NCBI RefSeq assembly: GCF_009914755.1
Contig: NC_060936.1
Strand: one strand, 5' to 3'
DNA: 64,000 bases
DNA from: the human T2T-CHM13v2.0 reference genome, Homo sapiens
Part shown: positions 31,541-47,388 of the stretch, one piece after another
How positions within the stretch are numbered: the stretch's first letter is position 1
How the letters are laid out: each line of letters starts with the position of its first letter
Position numbers and translations under genes: made by a program
Notes under the pieces: model-generated
What the model saw: the letters and a program-made list of their open reading frames with translations, nothing else
What the model was told of the DNA's origin: nothing
Databases searched by the model: none

Positions 31541-33499
31541 CACGTCCTCCTTTCTCACCTTCTCAGAATCCTGAGGGGGTAACTGCGTGGGTCAGACCCA
31601 GGCCTAGGGCCTACCTGATGTGACTTAATCACCTATGAGAATGCCCTTGGTTAACATAAAAGCCATAATGAAGGGAAATCCTTAACATCCTCTAAAAAGT
31701 TGTTCACTTATTATCACATTATTTTTATGCCTAACACCAAAGAGCTGACAGCCATTTTAGTGACATAGGGAGGCTATACAAGTCAGGCTAAAGTGCCAGC
31801 TGTTCACCACACTCTTATCTCCAATATTCCTTCTAGAATTAACAGCTTTTGATAAAAATTTCCATCTTCTGAACACATTCTGCCTTGTCACTCTCCTAGC
31901 TGCAACCTGACAAAATTTGCAGTCAGGTTGGCTTTATGCCTCAGTGTGAGCTTGAATCTCTTATGAGCTACTTCTCTATTCACTCATCAGTCTTTCTCTC
32001 CATTTCTGTGCCATCAATAATTTTTCTGAACTCAACACATCATGCTCTTTTCTTCACCTGTTTCAATATCGCTCTGCTCATTTTATTGTTTTACTTGCTA
32101 AGCTTCCCATGTCTTTGCTTTGACAATGCAAGGCCATTATTTTTTCATTGCAGTTTCCACAACATATTAATGCACTTGAAGTTGTTTATCTGTTTTTCTT
32201 TGAAGACCTACATCCAAGACTTTACTGGGGAAAATGTCTTGCTTCTGATATTACTGCTTAGGTCTTTGTGCCTTTTCATAATGCAATACTCCCCATTCTC
32301 TTTTACTTTGCCCAGGTACAGAATGTGTCCTAAAATAGATGTTGGCACACTGCTTTCCCACTGAGCAGACAAAAGGTATCTACTTAAACTATGATTCTCT
32401 TTTTCCTAATTCAATACTGCCTTTTGTCTTCTTACATTTCCACATGTCTCTTAATTTCCAGGAAAGTACAAATTATTCACAGGGATAATTTATTTCTCCT
32501 GAAATACCCTGCTGAGTTTGCCTGTCTCTAATAACGGTCACACGCATTTACTAACCTGAAGAATAACTGGTATGCTCTGATTTTTTCAAGTGGGTTCTAG
32601 GAGACACAAGAACTCCTAATATGGATGAACTCCTGACCCTTCCCGGATACCAGTCCTTCTCCCTGCATGTCCCACCATTTGGCATGCTCTGCCTTTGGGC
32701 TGCTGCAGTAAGCAGGTGGATAACCTGTGTCCATAAGCCAGACGATCATAAGTTATTTTGACAGTTCTACAAACCAAACGGAGGATGCCTATATATAGAC
32801 ACAGATAGATCTACATATAGAATCATATTTTTAAAATACCTGAGCAAAATACTTTAAGAATATACCACATTTCTCATGCCTTTCCTATTGGGCTGCCACA
32901 CTAGCGATTTTTCAAAAAGCTCATTTAAAATAATAACTTAATTTTGCTTTAATTTCAGTAGTTGGTTATTTAGAGTTTTTATTTTCTTCTTTTCCTTTTT
33001 GGAACAGAAGCTGTTACGGTAAATATTTCCAGGAGGCATGACTCCTTCGGCTTCAAGACCATCTATTGCCACTTTTAACTAATTAAAGTGATTGCCTGGG
33101 ACTGCTGGATCTATTCCAACTCTGTATAAATATAGTCAGAACATAACGTGCTGAATCTGTGTGTGTGAACTCTGCTTCTCACTAGTATCTGGCTTCTGTT
33201 ACAAGCGTTAGCTTCTTCTACACTAGTTAAAAATATCTAACCATTAAACAACTAAGCATATGCCAACCATGTTCACATTCAACCGCAGAACTAAGCTGAA
33301 CCTGGATTAGGTGAGCAGAGGTAAAGCACATGATAGAAGAAAACAGCAACACACATTCAGCATATAGACCTGCATGAAGACACAGAGTCCTCTGCATTCT
33401 TTAAGTAGGTGCTATCCTTAAACTGATCACTTTTTAAAGTTATTAGATTTCCCATCAAAACAAGCTTTCTGCTTGCACAGGAAAAACAGAGTGAATTAA

Positions 33500-33730
33500 G
33501 ACTCAGGAGCCATGCTGCAGGGGCCTGATTTCCAGGTTCTCCATTATTAGCTGCATTTTTGCAGGGCAAATTACTTATCCTCCCCATGGCTCCCTTACTG
33601 AAGCTGCAAAATGCGGATAAGAATGGCACCAAGCACATAGAGTCGTTATGAGGATTAAGTGAGTTAATTTACATAAAGTGCTGAAAAGAGTAGGCAAATA
33701 TAGTAGTCACTCAATAAATGTCAGCTGTAT
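33500..33730 (+). mobile_element. MIR
   Basis: gggcaaattactt...gcaaaatgcggataag...gaggattaagtgagttaatttacataaagtgct...cactcaataaatg. Confidence 0.8.
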
Positions 33731-34615
33731 TACTAATTATGCTCAATATATTCTGCAGAATTATTTATTGGAATCCAGGATTATATACAGTAAAACTATT
33801 ACCTCATTATGTAATAGGTGTTTAATAAATTCTTGTGAAAGTATACTCACTGAAGCAGGGCCATTTCATAAAATACTCTAGCATCAATGTTGACAGGCAC
33901 GGAAGGAAGACTGCATTTTTAACTTGAGTTCAAAGCCTCACAATGTACATTGGGTATTGCTAAGAGTCACTGTTGGTGCAGATGCAGCTTCAGGACCAAG
34001 TAGGAGGTTGGGAGGGCCACATCCACCTACCTCCAGCTAAGCATCAACCGTGTAGCAGGTGTTGCCGTAGGTGAAAACAATGTACGAACAAAAAAGACAA
34101 ATCTCTGAGTCAGCCTTGCATAATTTGGGGCTTGGGAAAAGTAGTTCTCTCTGGGTTACTTCGGATTTGTAGAGTCTCCTCGGGTCTATTACAGACTGTA
34201 GGTTGAGGAGATTAAGACAAGATGACACCTGAGGATTCCTGTGGGTACATTTTCTTCCTGGCCACATAGATCGTCCAGTCCATTCTCTCTGGGGAAATCA
34301 ACTGTATGACCAGATTAACTAAGGGTGAAGCATAATTTACATGAGATCATTATGGGCTCAGAAAGCAGCCAATATACAGAAAGCCCAGGGCAGGCATTGC
34401 CCCTGAGGAGACAGCAAAGGCAATGGGACCAAAGGCTATGTTAAGGTAGACTTGAGCTCCACCCGTAGTTTCACTCCTTAGGTAAAGCCAAAAAAAAAAA
34501 AAAAAAAAGGACCGGAAAAAGTATGACTCAATAGGAATATGGATGTTTATCACATTATTTTTTCATACTCCCCTGAATAACTTAAATTTATTCAGAACAA
34601 AAAAAGGAGAAATAA

Positions 34616-34945
<330 letters not shown>

Positions 34946-35464
34946 TAAATTCTCTCTCTTAAAAAACAAAAATAAAAAGCTAGTGACTCACTAGTGCGCC
35001 ACCATGACTACGTGCAACACTGTGCTGGCATGCCCACAGCAAAAGCTTGCACAGAGATGCATTAACTTTGAAATGTCCACAAAGTGATACTTAACCAGAT
35101 ACACACATAACACACACAATCCATGTCTCAGAAATGCCACACGTAAAGCAGTTCCACGAAGAGCAGCACAACCATCCAACGTAACATTCAGCAGACAGAA
35201 TAATCAGGAGCCCAGGATTGCCTCTATCCCGCAACAGCTAGTTCACTGCTGCGTCAGAGAGCTTTTCAAAAATTGTATTTAAAGACTGCTTACAGATGAA
35301 ATGTGACACGTCGCACCCGACATTTCACTTTAAGGTGAAGAATGACTTTCTGAAAAGTGCTGAGCCGGGTGCTCTGAACAGAGACATCCTATTTCTCTCC
35401 AACACGATGATGCCATGGCTCAGAGCCAGGCAGAGCAGCAGCACCCAACATGCAAAACAGGGGT

Positions 35465-35842
<378 letters not shown>

Positions 35843-37339
35843 TCAACAGTTCTTTCTAGAAGTTGCTCCTAAATGTCTCCAGAAAACACCATAAGGGCTT
35901 GACCTCTACAGCCTGGGGCAGCCTAGATGGTGGAATCAGATGGATGTGGGTTCACATCCTGGGTCTTCCACTCTCCAGCTGTGTCCTGCTGAGCGAATGA
36001 TATGAGCTCCCGGAGCCTTGCTTTCCACATGTAGGAAGACCTACTTCCCAAGGGCGTGGTGACAGTTAATGAGCTGCACGCTGTTTACCTCCTGGCTTAC
36101 AATAGGCATTCCACAGGGACTCCCTTTTCCTTTCCAATGGGAAAGAGATCATGAATAATGAAGCCAATCTTGCAAGACACTGAAAAGTAGCACCACAGAT
36201 TTACTGAACAGGCAACTTATTATCCACTCCCTTTCTTCTCCAACTGTAGAAGACTGACTATCTTCAGATTAGGGCACAACAGTAAGTGCCAATTGGGTGC
36301 TTGTGTTGTACTGGGCCCCATGCTAGAGTCTTCACATATGTCACATCATTTACAATAATTATTACTAATTATTCTTATTTTATAGACCTGGAAATCAGTT
36401 AATTCAACTTTTTACTGCTACTAAATGAAAAATCTTGGACTTAAACCCATTTTATGTGACTCCAGAATCCATGTACCTAATCCCTGAGCACGCCACAGCT
36501 TCCTTATTGTTAAATGTAAACAAGGAAGGAAATTCTAAAATCATTTTTTGGGAAAAATTCCATCAACAGGGCCCTTCTAGTCAACATACTATTTTCCTTA
36601 CGTGAATACCGAACTTTGTTTCTCACTATTGAAGCTCTAAAACTAAGAGTCTGGCCAAAGTGAATGCCTGGCAGTTAACAGCTATAGTCTCACATTGAGC
36701 TGCACTTGCTACATCACTTAGGAAAATGCAGTCAATATTAGGCTGCAGAGCTTCCAATTGATCAAGCCAGAAAAAGATATTTACTTCACATCTGCTCATT
36801 TTCTTTGCCAAGAAGAAAAGCAATTATCTGCTCTAGTACAAAATACAACAGCTGCTTGGACACAACACACATAAGAAAAAAATGATGATTTTAGTCAGAA
36901 ACCGGAAATCAAAATGATAAACTCAGCAAACTGAATGAATAATAGAAATGGATTGTCAACCCTGTGAAGTTTCCATTATTTTCTGTTCTTTAGAAGACAA
37001 TCATCAATTGAGAAGGCTCAAGCCAATTAACATGTATGGATACATGACACAGTTTCCCTCTATCATGGGCTAAGAAAACAAATGCACTCAAGGCTCCTGT
37101 TACCTTTTCTTAAATGTGAACACTCTACAAAACTATAAAAATGGGTAAAGAAATTTTTATATGAGACAACCTCAACAAACAAAATACTGAGCTTTCACAA
37201 ATATGCGGGATTCAATTATGATAAAAATCTCAGAAATATCATTTTATCATTCTCAAAAATATAACAATATCAAATGCTTTGAATTTTCTTATCTTCACAC
37301 TTAAATCATATGTTGCATCAGGCCTCGTGATCAGACTTT

Positions 37340-38233
<894 letters not shown>

Positions 38234-38239
38234 CCCATC

Positions 38240-38999
38240 TTTCTTTCTCTATTTATTTTAAAGGGATGAGGTCTCACACTGTGGCCCAGGCTGAAGTGCA
38301 GTGGTGTCATCATAGTTTACTCTAGGCAGGAATTCCTGGGCCCAAGTGATCCTGCCCCAGCCTCCCAGGTAGCTGAAACCACAGGTGTGCACCACCATGC
38401 CTAGCTCATTTTTAAAAAAAATTTTGAGGAGATGGGGTCTGTGATGGTTAATACTGAGTGTCAACTTGATTGGATTGAAAGATACAAAGTATTAATCCTG
38501 GGTGAGTCTGTGTGGGTGGTGCCAAAAGAGATTAACATTTGAGTCAGTGGGCTGGGGAAGGCAGATCCACCCTTAATCTGGTGGGCACAATCTAATCAGT
38601 TTCCAGTGAATATAAAGCAGGCAGAAAAGCATGAAAAAGAGAGACAAGCCTAGCCTCTCAGCCTACATCTTTCTCCCATGCTGGATGCTTCCTGCCCTCG
38701 AACATCAGACTCCAAGCTCTTCAGTCTGGGGACTCCAACTGGCACTCCTTGCTCCTCAGCTTGCAGACAGCCTATTGTGGGACCTTGTGATCATGTAAGT
38801 TAATACTTAATAAACTCCCCTTTAGATATAGATATATAGATACATATATATAATCTCCTATTAGTTCTTTCCCTCTAAGAGAACCCTGACTAACACAGGG
38901 TCTCTCTATGTTGCCAGGCCTTGAACTCCTAGGCTCAAGTGATCTTACCTCGGCCTTCCATGGTGCTAGGATTGTATGCATGAGCCACTATGCCCGGCC
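38240..38999 (-). mobile_element. AluJ split by MLT2A1 (pieces about 38240-38439 and 38898-38999)
   Basis: Alu sequence stops at gagatggggtc and resumes gggtctctctatgttgccagg after the LTR. Confidence 0.9.
38440..38897 (+). mobile_element. MLT2A1 (HERV-L) solo LTR
   Basis: TGTGATGGTTAATACTGAGTGTCAACTTGATTGGATTG...GAACCCTGACTAACACA; perfect TSD GGGTC at 38435-38439 and 38898-38902. Confidence 0.93.
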
Positions 39000-41279
39000 C
39001 AAGTCAGTCTTTACAAAGAAGGAAAAAGGAAAACAATATTAATTTTTTTAAAAGCGACAGAGATACTATGAAGCCCCAGAGAGGCAAAAATATAAATGTT
39101 TTGACCTTGCCAGTTCCTGTGTCCAGAAACCGTGTTCAACACATGTCCTCAAGTGTTGTTAGAGTCTAGTGTATTTTTCTAAGAAATACTGCAAATTGTT
39201 TAAACAAACTTTTAAAAGTTTTGCTCTCGCAAGCAAATGATCCCTAAGACATTTGTATATAGAGTAAGTTTTTAATAAATGTTTATTAAATACCTTTTAA
39301 AAATCAGTTTGCCAATGTGCAACTTTACTACATTATGATTATTGAAGACAAAATACATAAAACACAAAACTTAATCTTTTTTAAATATTGACATTTTCCA
39401 TCATTGCATTTGAGCTAAGTTCCAAAGACTTAAGTAGCCAAAAATTAACAATGGAAAAGGAAAAGAGAAAAATGACAATGAACACTAGCAAAATTTCCTC
39501 CAAAGTCTGTGTAGTCACAAGAGTCTCTCATTATGGTATCTCATTTTAGGATCAACCTCTAACTCTCACACAGTTTCTAACTACACAGGCCAATGGAGTA
39601 TGGTCATGTAAAAAGAGGAAAATTGGCAGTACAGTTCTTAAGAGTTTGAAGATAACAGACTTTCCAGAGAGTATCAAATGACGTGAGGCCAACCAGCTTG
39701 TCTCCCTTGTGTCACTTCATGGATAAGAAAAACCAAGATCTAGGGAACTAAAGTAATTGGCCCAAGGGACATCGCAAATCAGAATCCAAGTAACACCCAC
39801 TAGCCAGGCTTCTTGCACTACCCTGTGCTATCTCTCATTTCTTTGTCTCTTGCGCAACCTGAGAAATAGCTATTCTCTAAAAAAGAAAACACATACACCC
39901 CAAAACTAATCAGTGACTTTCCATTGTTCAGGTTTTTCAAAAACAATAATGAGGGAGAATGAAAAGCGTTTTAATGCTCAAGACATTCTGTTCTCTTAGT
40001 CATCAACCATGATTACGTCTACATTTCCTGCTTAGAAAAGTCTGGAGATCGGCACCCAATTTCGACTTATCTGAATGGTTTACCTTTATAACCTTGGCAG
40101 TTATAAAGAAGAAACAAATTACATTGGGGATAAATGCACAACCTCTCCCTGACTGCATGACAAGCCAAACTGAAGTTTTATAATGAAAGAGACCACTTTT
40201 TAAAATCAAAGCTTTTTTCCATCATAATTGCAGTGTGAATCATCATTCCTTTCACAAAATCACACTCCTTTCATAGTCACAAGGAAAAATTACTTAAGGA
40301 AGCCAAATGAAAACTATGAAAAAAAAAATCTCTGATAAAGACTTTACTGTCAGGAACCAGAAGCTCTAGCACTCAAACACTGAAATATATTGGTTTTTGA
40401 TTAGTTACCTAGAGCATGTCTAGCTCTTAACAAAAGACACAAACATTATTCCTTCCATCCAACTCTGGCTGGCTGTTTGGGTTTGATTGTATTATTTATT
40501 TATTTTTCCAAATTATATATATTAATTGCCTTCAGCTCTTAAAAGTCTATACTTATGTTTATTTTAAACACTTTACCAAGACTTATATAGGTTAAATCAC
40601 TAAGGGCAAATCTTTAATGACAGGTCGCTCATGAAGACTGTAGCTTAGGGTGACGTCAAAGTCAATATGCATTTCCAAGCTTATATATAAAGTTATAAAC
40701 ATCATGGTTTGAATAATATAAATAGTATCAAAAATTCACAAATCTACAAAATGAAACACATCCTACCATATGACTATAAGGTCATCTATCTAAAAAGCTA
40801 GTAAATTAAGTCTTTATTATTTGCTTTTCAACCTAATTATTTGTTTATTAAAGTGATGATATTCAAAATACATCAAAAATTTTTAATTTAAAAAAGGTCA
40901 GCTGTTAGTCTCAGAAACTAAGAATAACTCTAAATATGCCTTTTGAGACATAACAAGGATGGCATTCATCAGTTAAGAATTAAGTGTTATCATAAGGATT
41001 CTATTATCCTCTTAAACTTTGATGGACTGGCCATCATTGCTACATGAATGTTTTTCTCTTATCATCTATTTCCCTCTAAAATAGTGTAAGCTCATAAAAT
41101 GAGGTAACCACATACCATAAAGTCAAACAAAGACTATACAACTTTCCTTCATTAACACAGCAAAGAAAAGGTGAATGGTGTAAAAAGAAAAGCTTTCTAA
41201 ACAGTAATTCTTCCACATTGGCTTTCGCATAAAATAAACATGGGAGAGGGGAGTTAAATCCTAGCACTACCATTTATGA

Positions 41280-41515
41280 AAACCCACAATTAAGAGCTAT
41301 CATAAGCTGTTTCATGTACTACCTCATTTGTTTTTCACAATAATCTCATGGGATAGGTATTAGTATTACTTCTGCCGTGGTACACACAAGGAAACTGAGA
41401 CACAGAGCGTGTAAGCAATCTGTAAAAGATCATATGCCTGGTAGGCAGTGGGGGCAGAATTGGAGCCCAGGCACTCTGGCAGGAGTCCATGTTCTTTACT
41501 GGTAATGTACACTGC
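41280..41515 (-). mobile_element. MIR
   Basis: cctcatttgtttttcacaataatctcatgggataggtatt...aggaaactgagacacagag...agaattggagcccaggcactctgg. Confidence 0.8.
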
Positions 41516-42527
41516 CAACCTCATACGTTTCGCAAGAATCAAAATTGTAAGCCACCTGTAAAATTTGAGGCATGGTTCCTGGCCATTGGGAAGTGCTACA
41601 GTGGTACTCATAATGTTGATCATGATGAAAATCACAATCATCATGCTTGCTTCTGAATTTTAAGAGAATTTTCAAATCATTTCCACTTCTAAAATTCTGG
41701 TTTTCTTCTGAGGATAAATGTCCTTCCAAACCTCTTCAATTTTTGAAAAAAAAAAATTTCATTTAAGCATGTATATTTTTAAGGTTCTGTCATATTGAGT
41801 CTACAATACATAGTACCAGATCAAAACATGTGCCAGACAATTTTCCAAGCAACAACCTGGAAAGCCCACCAAATTATCTGAAATCACAATGATATATTAC
41901 CTAGCATAGAATAATGTTCTCATGAAAAAATTATTTATATATCCCCTGAGTGTTTACAATGTTAAGATGAACTGATACAGCTTTTATTACAATCCCTCCA
42001 CAATCTATCAGTAGGTTACATTAAAAAAGAGAAAGAGAAAAAAATTAAACTGGTTGATAGTAGCATGAACTAAAAGGGCAAAGATATCAGCAGCTAACTC
42101 CCTGCAGCACGGTAAGAGCACTAGCTGTGTTCTGCAAAAGAAGAGAGCTGTTTTGTGGCCTTGGAGTCAGCTGCCACTCTCTTACCCACACAGGCCAGGG
42201 GTTGAGTATTCCATATGGTGTCTGCTGAGCTGATAGAAAGTCATGAGACCCGAGATCCTCTTTCAACAGCCTGTTGTGACAGTGATGGAATTGCATGCCA
42301 ACCAGAAATGCCTATGTTCTGACAGCGTTCTCTTTCAACATATGTCCCTGTGCATCCAGTTGGAAGGCAGATGCCTAAGCTTGATTACTCTACACTGAGA
42401 AAGGAAAGAGCTTATCATCTACTGACTGAAATTCACAGGGGATCAAATATTGCCAAGAACCGATACCCAATCAAGATGAAGCAGAATGAACCAGGGACTG
42501 TCAGCAGTTAGAAACTATCAACTGCTA

Positions 42528-42635
42528 AATGATGAGTTAATGGGTGCAGCACACCAACATGGCACATGTATACACATGTAACAAACCTGCACATTGTACA
42601 CATGTACCCTAAAACTTAAAGTATAATAAAATAAA
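42528..42635 (+). mobile_element. L1PA 3' end, severely 5'-truncated (about 110 bp)
   Basis: gagttaatgggtgcagcacaccaacatggcacatgtatac...ccctaaaacttaaagtataataa; 18-bp TSD AGAAACTATCAACTGCTA. Confidence 0.95.
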
Positions 42636-43153
42636 AGAAACTATCAACTGCTACCCATAAATTAAAAGGAATTTTTGCCTCCTTAGCATGTGATTTATTT
42701 AGAAGAAGCTTTTAGTGCTAACTTTTGAATGAAGCCAATAAGCACTTTGTTGAAATGATCCACTTTAGTGCTGAGCTCAGTTCAGGAACCAATGTGGAGT
42801 TCCAAGAAGCTTTCAGATGAACTCATAAAGGTACTTCCTGCTTTACCACATACTCTGGGTCTGGTTAAAAAGGGATAAGATCCTTCTCAATTAATGGTTA
42901 AGAAACAGTAACAGAAAAATCAAAAATCTTTCTTCAAATTCTCTAGCCATCAAAGAAAACACTTTTCTGGCAAGTTCTATATTTGAAAAAAAGCTACTTT
43001 AATGAGACCTGGGAAACCAGCTTGAGTAAGTAACCCACCAAAGAACATTAAAGGCACAGTAATGACACTATTCCAATAAACACAGTTCATAATTAAAAAG
43101 CCTTTTAACACTAACTGACAAAGTTTATTTTTGAAAATAAGTTTTGTACTTAA

Positions 43154-43336
<183 letters not shown>

Positions 43337-43568
43337 TAAAACACATTTCCTGCCATTTCTGTCACACCTATAGCAAAACACCGCCATTCATTTACCCTTT
43401 TCAATAAACTGTTTCCTTCTCTATAGGAGGTCATTTGCCTGCAGTAATCAACCACCTCCCTTCTGCAGTGCCCTAACATTCACCAAGTGTGCCTGTAGTC
43501 CCAGAACACCAAAGGGCACAGGGTCTTAGCAAAAACGATGGTCAATTCACTACATTAAAAAGAAACTA

Positions 43569-43868
<300 letters not shown>

Positions 43869-45944
43869 GAAAGAAGCTGAAGAAGGGAAAAAGCTCAGCA
43901 ATGCATATGGATAAAGATTAGGAAAGATATAATTTGGGTACTGTGTCTGAACGACAGGACCCTGAGTATAAACAGTTATAAAGTTGTTTAACAATACGTA
44001 ACTTTAATTATACTGGTTAGTTTGGTCAGTGTCATTATATAGTTCAGCCTAAAAGTTATTGCTTTCTTGGGTCTACCACTATCATGCTCCTACCTCCTGG
44101 AAATAACTCACAGTGATCTGAATACGGTCACCTAAAAACTACATCTAAAGACTTAACTATGCATGCCATTGAAGAGAGAATTCCATAGTGAAATGTGGAC
44201 CAGCTTATTTATACACAAAGCAAGGGAAGCAAGGAAAAAGCTATTAGCAGCAATTAAAAATTTGCAACAACCCTTTAAAGTAAGATATTGGTTCATATCT
44301 GCTTCCACGAGGTGGTTTGTGTTTCTAACGTGCATCACTGAGGTTTATATTTTAAGAGATTTTAAAATGAGGGATGTGGGATTTATTAAAAAAATATGAA
44401 CCTAGAAACTTCACTTTTAACTGTTACATGTATTTTCTGTGTGGACCCATTAGTTAACTCCACACCTCTTATTCAGTCATTTCATTTTTGAAAGCAGCAG
44501 CTGAATGAGACTGAAAATGGCTCATCTGAGATCAATCAATGAATATGATGTATAAAGGGGAGAAAGAGAACCCAGTTATTATTCATCAATAATACAGGCT
44601 TTCAACATAGATTTGTTCTGTCACCTGCAAATCTCATATCACTAGCTCACTAGGTTTCTCTCAAAGATGGTACGAGGCTGTTAATAATCTGGAACACATT
44701 TTCCCTACTCATAGAATCATAACGTGTGACATAAAAGTTCAAAAGCCTACCTCAGGAGTTTAATTTGCACAGCATTTCTTACTTTGGGGAAAAAGAGTAC
44801 GATGAAAGGTCTACAGCAATAAAACATAAAAATGACACTTAAAAGATCAGCTACCCATTTTATCATTGAAGGTCAAAATATTTATATGCCTCCCTATGTC
44901 TCTTGAATTTAATTACCTTATAATTCACTTTAGTGCCAAACTGTTCTCTAGTCCTAAACTTGTTTTAGTTTTTTTATTTGTACACCTATGTGCAAGGTAT
45001 TTACAGGAAAAAACTTTTAAGAGCCACTGAAATGAAAATCTAACCATTATCTCGCCCACAGAAGTAGAAAAGGAGTTCGTTTTATGTAGAAATATCATGA
45101 TCATCATCCCATAAAGTTTTATAAGGATAGGACTTTGTTTCTTTCACTGCCATATTTCCAGCACCAAAAATAGTGCCTGACACATAGTAGGTGCTCAGTA
45201 AACAGTATTCAATGAATGAATGATCCATAATATACCCTGAAGGGTAGCAGAGGAAAGAGGAAATGTCCAAGAATTTATTGAGCCAAGAACTGTCTTCAAT
45301 GCCTATTGTGGTCATTGTCATTTAAATATGAAACCAATCAAGTATATATGAAGAATGAGTATACATATATAGGTGTGTATATACTTGATATATATATGGA
45401 ATGAAGATAAGATTTCATTTAGAATTCACTGGGCTTTGTAATGTGAAAGGGAAAGTGTTTCCCTGTGTGCCTGAATTTGATGTATTTAAGATGTTGGGGG
45501 ATGTTTACACACAAAACATTTCTCATTTCCCATGGAATAATTCAGTAAAAGAAGCATCAACTAAAATGTAATCTGATTCTAGAGTAGGTACTCTCAACTC
45601 TAGGCTTTTCATTATACTTTCTACCCATAAGTCAATCAGTAAGTCACATAAAAATAGGCAAACTAAATAAATGACCTGCAGTAGGATTTTTTCCTGGGCT
45701 TAGATTTTTCCCTGTATTAGATAACTTCTGAAAACAATATTTTGCCTGATAACATTTGGCCCAATTCTTGTCAACCTCACACCAATGCATCCCATATGAC
45801 TATGTCCTAATAGTTTTGAAGTTGAACAACAACAAAAAAATCGCACACAAACTCATTCCTTGCCTGCATATTGCAGGTTCAGCATTTTCATAATGCATCC
45901 TGGTGTTCAGAAACCCATACGGGGAAAATAATATTCAGAATACT

Positions 45945-46195
45945 AAACTAATAATAATGACGCTGCTGGCTTCCATGTGCTGAGTGGCCATGGTATGCCA
46001 GGCACCAATTACATGCTTATACATGTACAAATGCTTTTAGTCCTGACAACCAGCATTTCACCCTTTGAGAGATGAGAAAACTGAGGCTCACAGAGATCAA
46101 ATAACTCGTCTGGGATCAAGTAAGTGATAGAGCCATGATTTAAACACTCTGTCTGCAGAGTCAGAGATCTTAAGAACTATGATAACGTTGCCTCT
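45945..46195 (-). mobile_element. MIR
   Basis: tatgccaggcacc...gagatgagaaaactgaggctcacagag...gatttaaacactctgtctg. Confidence 0.8.
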
Positions 46196-46699
46196 TCCAA
46201 CTTTTATTTGCTTTACCTGATCACCTTCTGACAAAAGTACAAGCACAATTTTCAAAAGTAATTGTAACAGTAATCAAATATATACTCAAAGGTATGACAC
46301 TGTTTTTTGTTTTTTGTTTTCCAAAGAGAAAACATATATGACAACTTTCCATTGGGGGAAGATGGTCCGGGACCATAAATACATTAACTTAGTGAGAATC
46401 CGGCCCAATTCCAGCTGTGCTATCTGCTGCTCTCCAATCATCACTCTTTCTAAAATAGCCTGCTACCTGAGGTTAAAAAGATGAAAAAGTAATCTACAAA
46501 GCATGTCACCTAGCTCAATGTATTAGCACCAATACCCCATACTGAAGCAAGTCAAGAGGTGTCTCATTTGTGGAACCCGAGATGACTACAAGAATCTTTG
46601 TACCTGCTGAGAGTTCAATGGAGAGGCCAGCTCCACATAGAAATCAAACAAGCACCCTGCCTCTTCCCCAAAGCTTAGCCCTCGCTCTGGACTCTGGGC

Positions 46700-46930
46700 T
46701 TTAGAGCACAGTAAATGGTCAAAGCACAAGTTTAGGAGTCAAACAGTCTGGGTTCCAATCCTGACCCTACCACTTACTATGTGAACTTGGACAAGGTTTT
46801 TTAACCTCTAAGCCTCAGTTTCTTCATAGCAATGGGAGTTACAACATCTACCCTAAAAGTGATACCACAGTGGTTGGATAGAATAACACATGGGACATGC
46901 TAGCCCCCTTTCTGGTACATAGTAGTTGGA
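46700..46930 (+). mobile_element. MIR
   Basis: ggagtcaaacagtctgggttccaatcctgaccctaccacttactatgtgaacttggacaag...aagcctcagtttcttc. Confidence 0.8.
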
Positions 46931-46968
46931 TAATAGAAAGTTTTCTTCCCCCTACTGAGGGACCTTCT

Positions 46969-47388
46969 CACTGGTGTGCTGGAACTGGCTGACACTGGTT
47001 TGGAAGAGCTGACAAAGTTTTAGGAATTTTACAAGTCGCTTACTTAAAAAACAGCCATTATTAAAAATTCAGGTAAATAAACTTAAAATTAAATATGTCA
47101 TATTTTAAACAAGGTAGTACATATTCAAAGCTCACTACTCTTGAGTTGGCTTTTTGCTTCACTTTGCTATTATCTATGCTTTTGAGGTTATTTATGTCTA
47201 TTGCATCCGTCTGGTAGAAACATGGCATCATGGCGGACTATGACAGCTCTCACAACTCCATGGTCAGTGAAGTCACACTCGTAGCTTGCAATCAGCCACA
47301 GTGGGAGTATTTACATTAGCAAACACTACAAATCAGGAGTCCCGTTCTTTGGAGAGCCAGTTATTAAACAATTAGCAGCATACCAGAG
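46969..47388. mobile_element. MER63-like hAT (Blackjack) MITE
   Basis: Termini cactggtgtgctgg... and ...gcagcataccag; internal acagccattattaaaaatt and gtgggagtatttaca. Confidence 0.7.

Noticed and set aside
31936-32364. 142-aa hydrophobic ORF on the + strand
   Set aside because: A T-rich strand yields Phe/Leu/Ile-rich frames by composition. No recognisable family or splice structure, and it is antisense within an intron.
34998-35087. GCCACCATG Kozak context opening a 27-aa ORF (MTTCNTVLACPQQKLAQRCINFEMSTK)
   Set aside because: Antisense, very short, no evidence of a transcript, and a chance match is plausible.
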